NCBI GenBank assembly: GCA_028534125.1
Contig: CM052816.1
Location: forward strand, 2,668,001-2,732,000
Direction: 5' to 3'
From: Lama glama
Lineage: Eukaryota
DNA length: 64,000 nt
Each line of letters starts with the position of its first letter. Within the stretch, counting starts at the first letter, position 1. Shown here piece by piece: positions 62,831 to 64,000 of the stretch. Both the position numbers and the translations under genes were made by a program. Below the pieces are notes generated by a model. That model was not told the DNA's origin, made no database searches, and saw only the letters and a list, made by a program, of their open reading frames with translations.

Positions 62831-63819
62831 CAAAATCAATGGAGTCGTGTCACGTATATGCAGCTCAGCGTTAAAGTAAGAAAGTAGGTTGGCAAAAGTC
62901 CCAAAAATACCCACCGGCACAGAGGGAAATAACGTGACTTTTTTCTACCAATTTCCTTTCAACCTCCTGATTTCTAGAGGGACCGTTTTTGCTCTGTGCC
63001 TCCTGTTCTTTCGCCTGCCCTCCAATCAAAGATGCTCAAGTGGCCAAATCCACTTAAAACAGAGAAAATGTTCCTTCCTCTTGCTTCAGGTGCTTGCCTC
63101 TAAGAGGTGACTCTGGGACTCCTGGTGAAGAGGGAGCTCGGAGAATGGTGTCTAATTCCCACCACTAAAATTAAATTATTAATTTTTTATCAATTAATTG
63201 GATGCGGATTGGTGGGGAAGACAGGCTCTCAGCGCAGCTGAGCTCTCCCGGGTGCCAGATAAAACAAGGAGTCTGCCCCGGTGAGGTGGGCAAGAGGGAG
63301 AAGGCAGGCACAGTAGTAATAAGTGTGAGGGCCCCCTGACTTCAGGAGAGGGAGCACAAGCCAGGTCCCAGAAGGAGAGACACAGAATCGCGGAGATTTC
63401 TCCAGGGGGCCTTGACGGAATCAGCCCTCCAGGCCTGGGAAGACGACACTCCACTGCTTGCCCAGGAGTTGCTCTGAATTCTCTTGCACACTGAGGCAAG
63501 ATCAAATCCCTGAGAAGGGCGGTTTCTAGCCTCCTTTTGAATGGAAAGTGTTCTTGTTCAGAATACTGTTCTTTAAAAACTGAAAATAGCTTGTATTTTC
63601 TGCTGATATAAATAAGTCATATTCAGGATAAAAATCAACTATTTAGAACGCACATGTTTAAAGGTTTTGTTTATGAAATTCCACCACTCCGAGATAATAA
63701 TTAACATTTTAGGGAGCATGACTCCATACATCTCTTTTTACTGACAGGGAAGTCGCATACAGCTACAAGCATCTAGTTATTAGTTTATTTAACAAATATT
63801 TACAAAATACCATGTGCCA

Positions 63820-64000
63820 GGGGCCCATCTATACATGCTGTTTCTTACCATTTTTTATTATTCAGTAATATGATGTGAACTTGCTTCCATGTCAGTGGAG
63901 GTGTACACGATCACTTTGAATCATTCTGTCATGTTTGACCATAAATTCCGATGATGCCTTTAAGTGTTTTCCAACTTCTTGCTATCAAAAAACAATACAA
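63820..64000 (-). mobile_element. Probable L1ME-type fragment running off the window end
   Basis: aatatgatgtgaacttgcttccatgtcagt...gatgatgcctttaagtgttttccaacttcttgctatcaaaaaacaatac. Confidence 0.5.

Overview
Non-coding window of a placental mammal, probably a cetartiodactyl and most likely a camelid. This is inferred from the young L1 3' ends and the absence of recognisable Alu, B1/B2, Bov-A/BovB, PRE-1 or Can-SINE copies. I can support no protein-coding gene, tRNA, rRNA or processed pseudogene; the listed ORFs are L1 ORF2 remnants, low-complexity sequence, N-gap read-through or chance ORFs. Positions 1-17.5 kb are dominated by stacked, nested LINE-1 copies of several ages. The rest is a mosaic of ancient MIR, L2, MaLR/ERVL LTR and hAT (MER5, MER20, MER58, MER63) fragments, interleaved with repeat-free, motif-rich blocks that resemble developmental enhancers in a large intron or gene desert. 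There are two assembly gaps (500 N and 100 N); the second is flanked by a 339-bp duplication that is probably an artefact. The best leads are a candidate retinoic-acid/HOX-PBX-MEIS enhancer at ~34.1-34.6 kb (perfect DR2 plus several palindromes), a TSD-less L1 insertion that appears to have deleted host sequence, a perfect 74-bp tandem duplication, and three speculative minus-strand exon signatures. I found no convincing novel biological system. Repeat family names come from recalled consensus sequences, not a database search, and boundaries are approximate.
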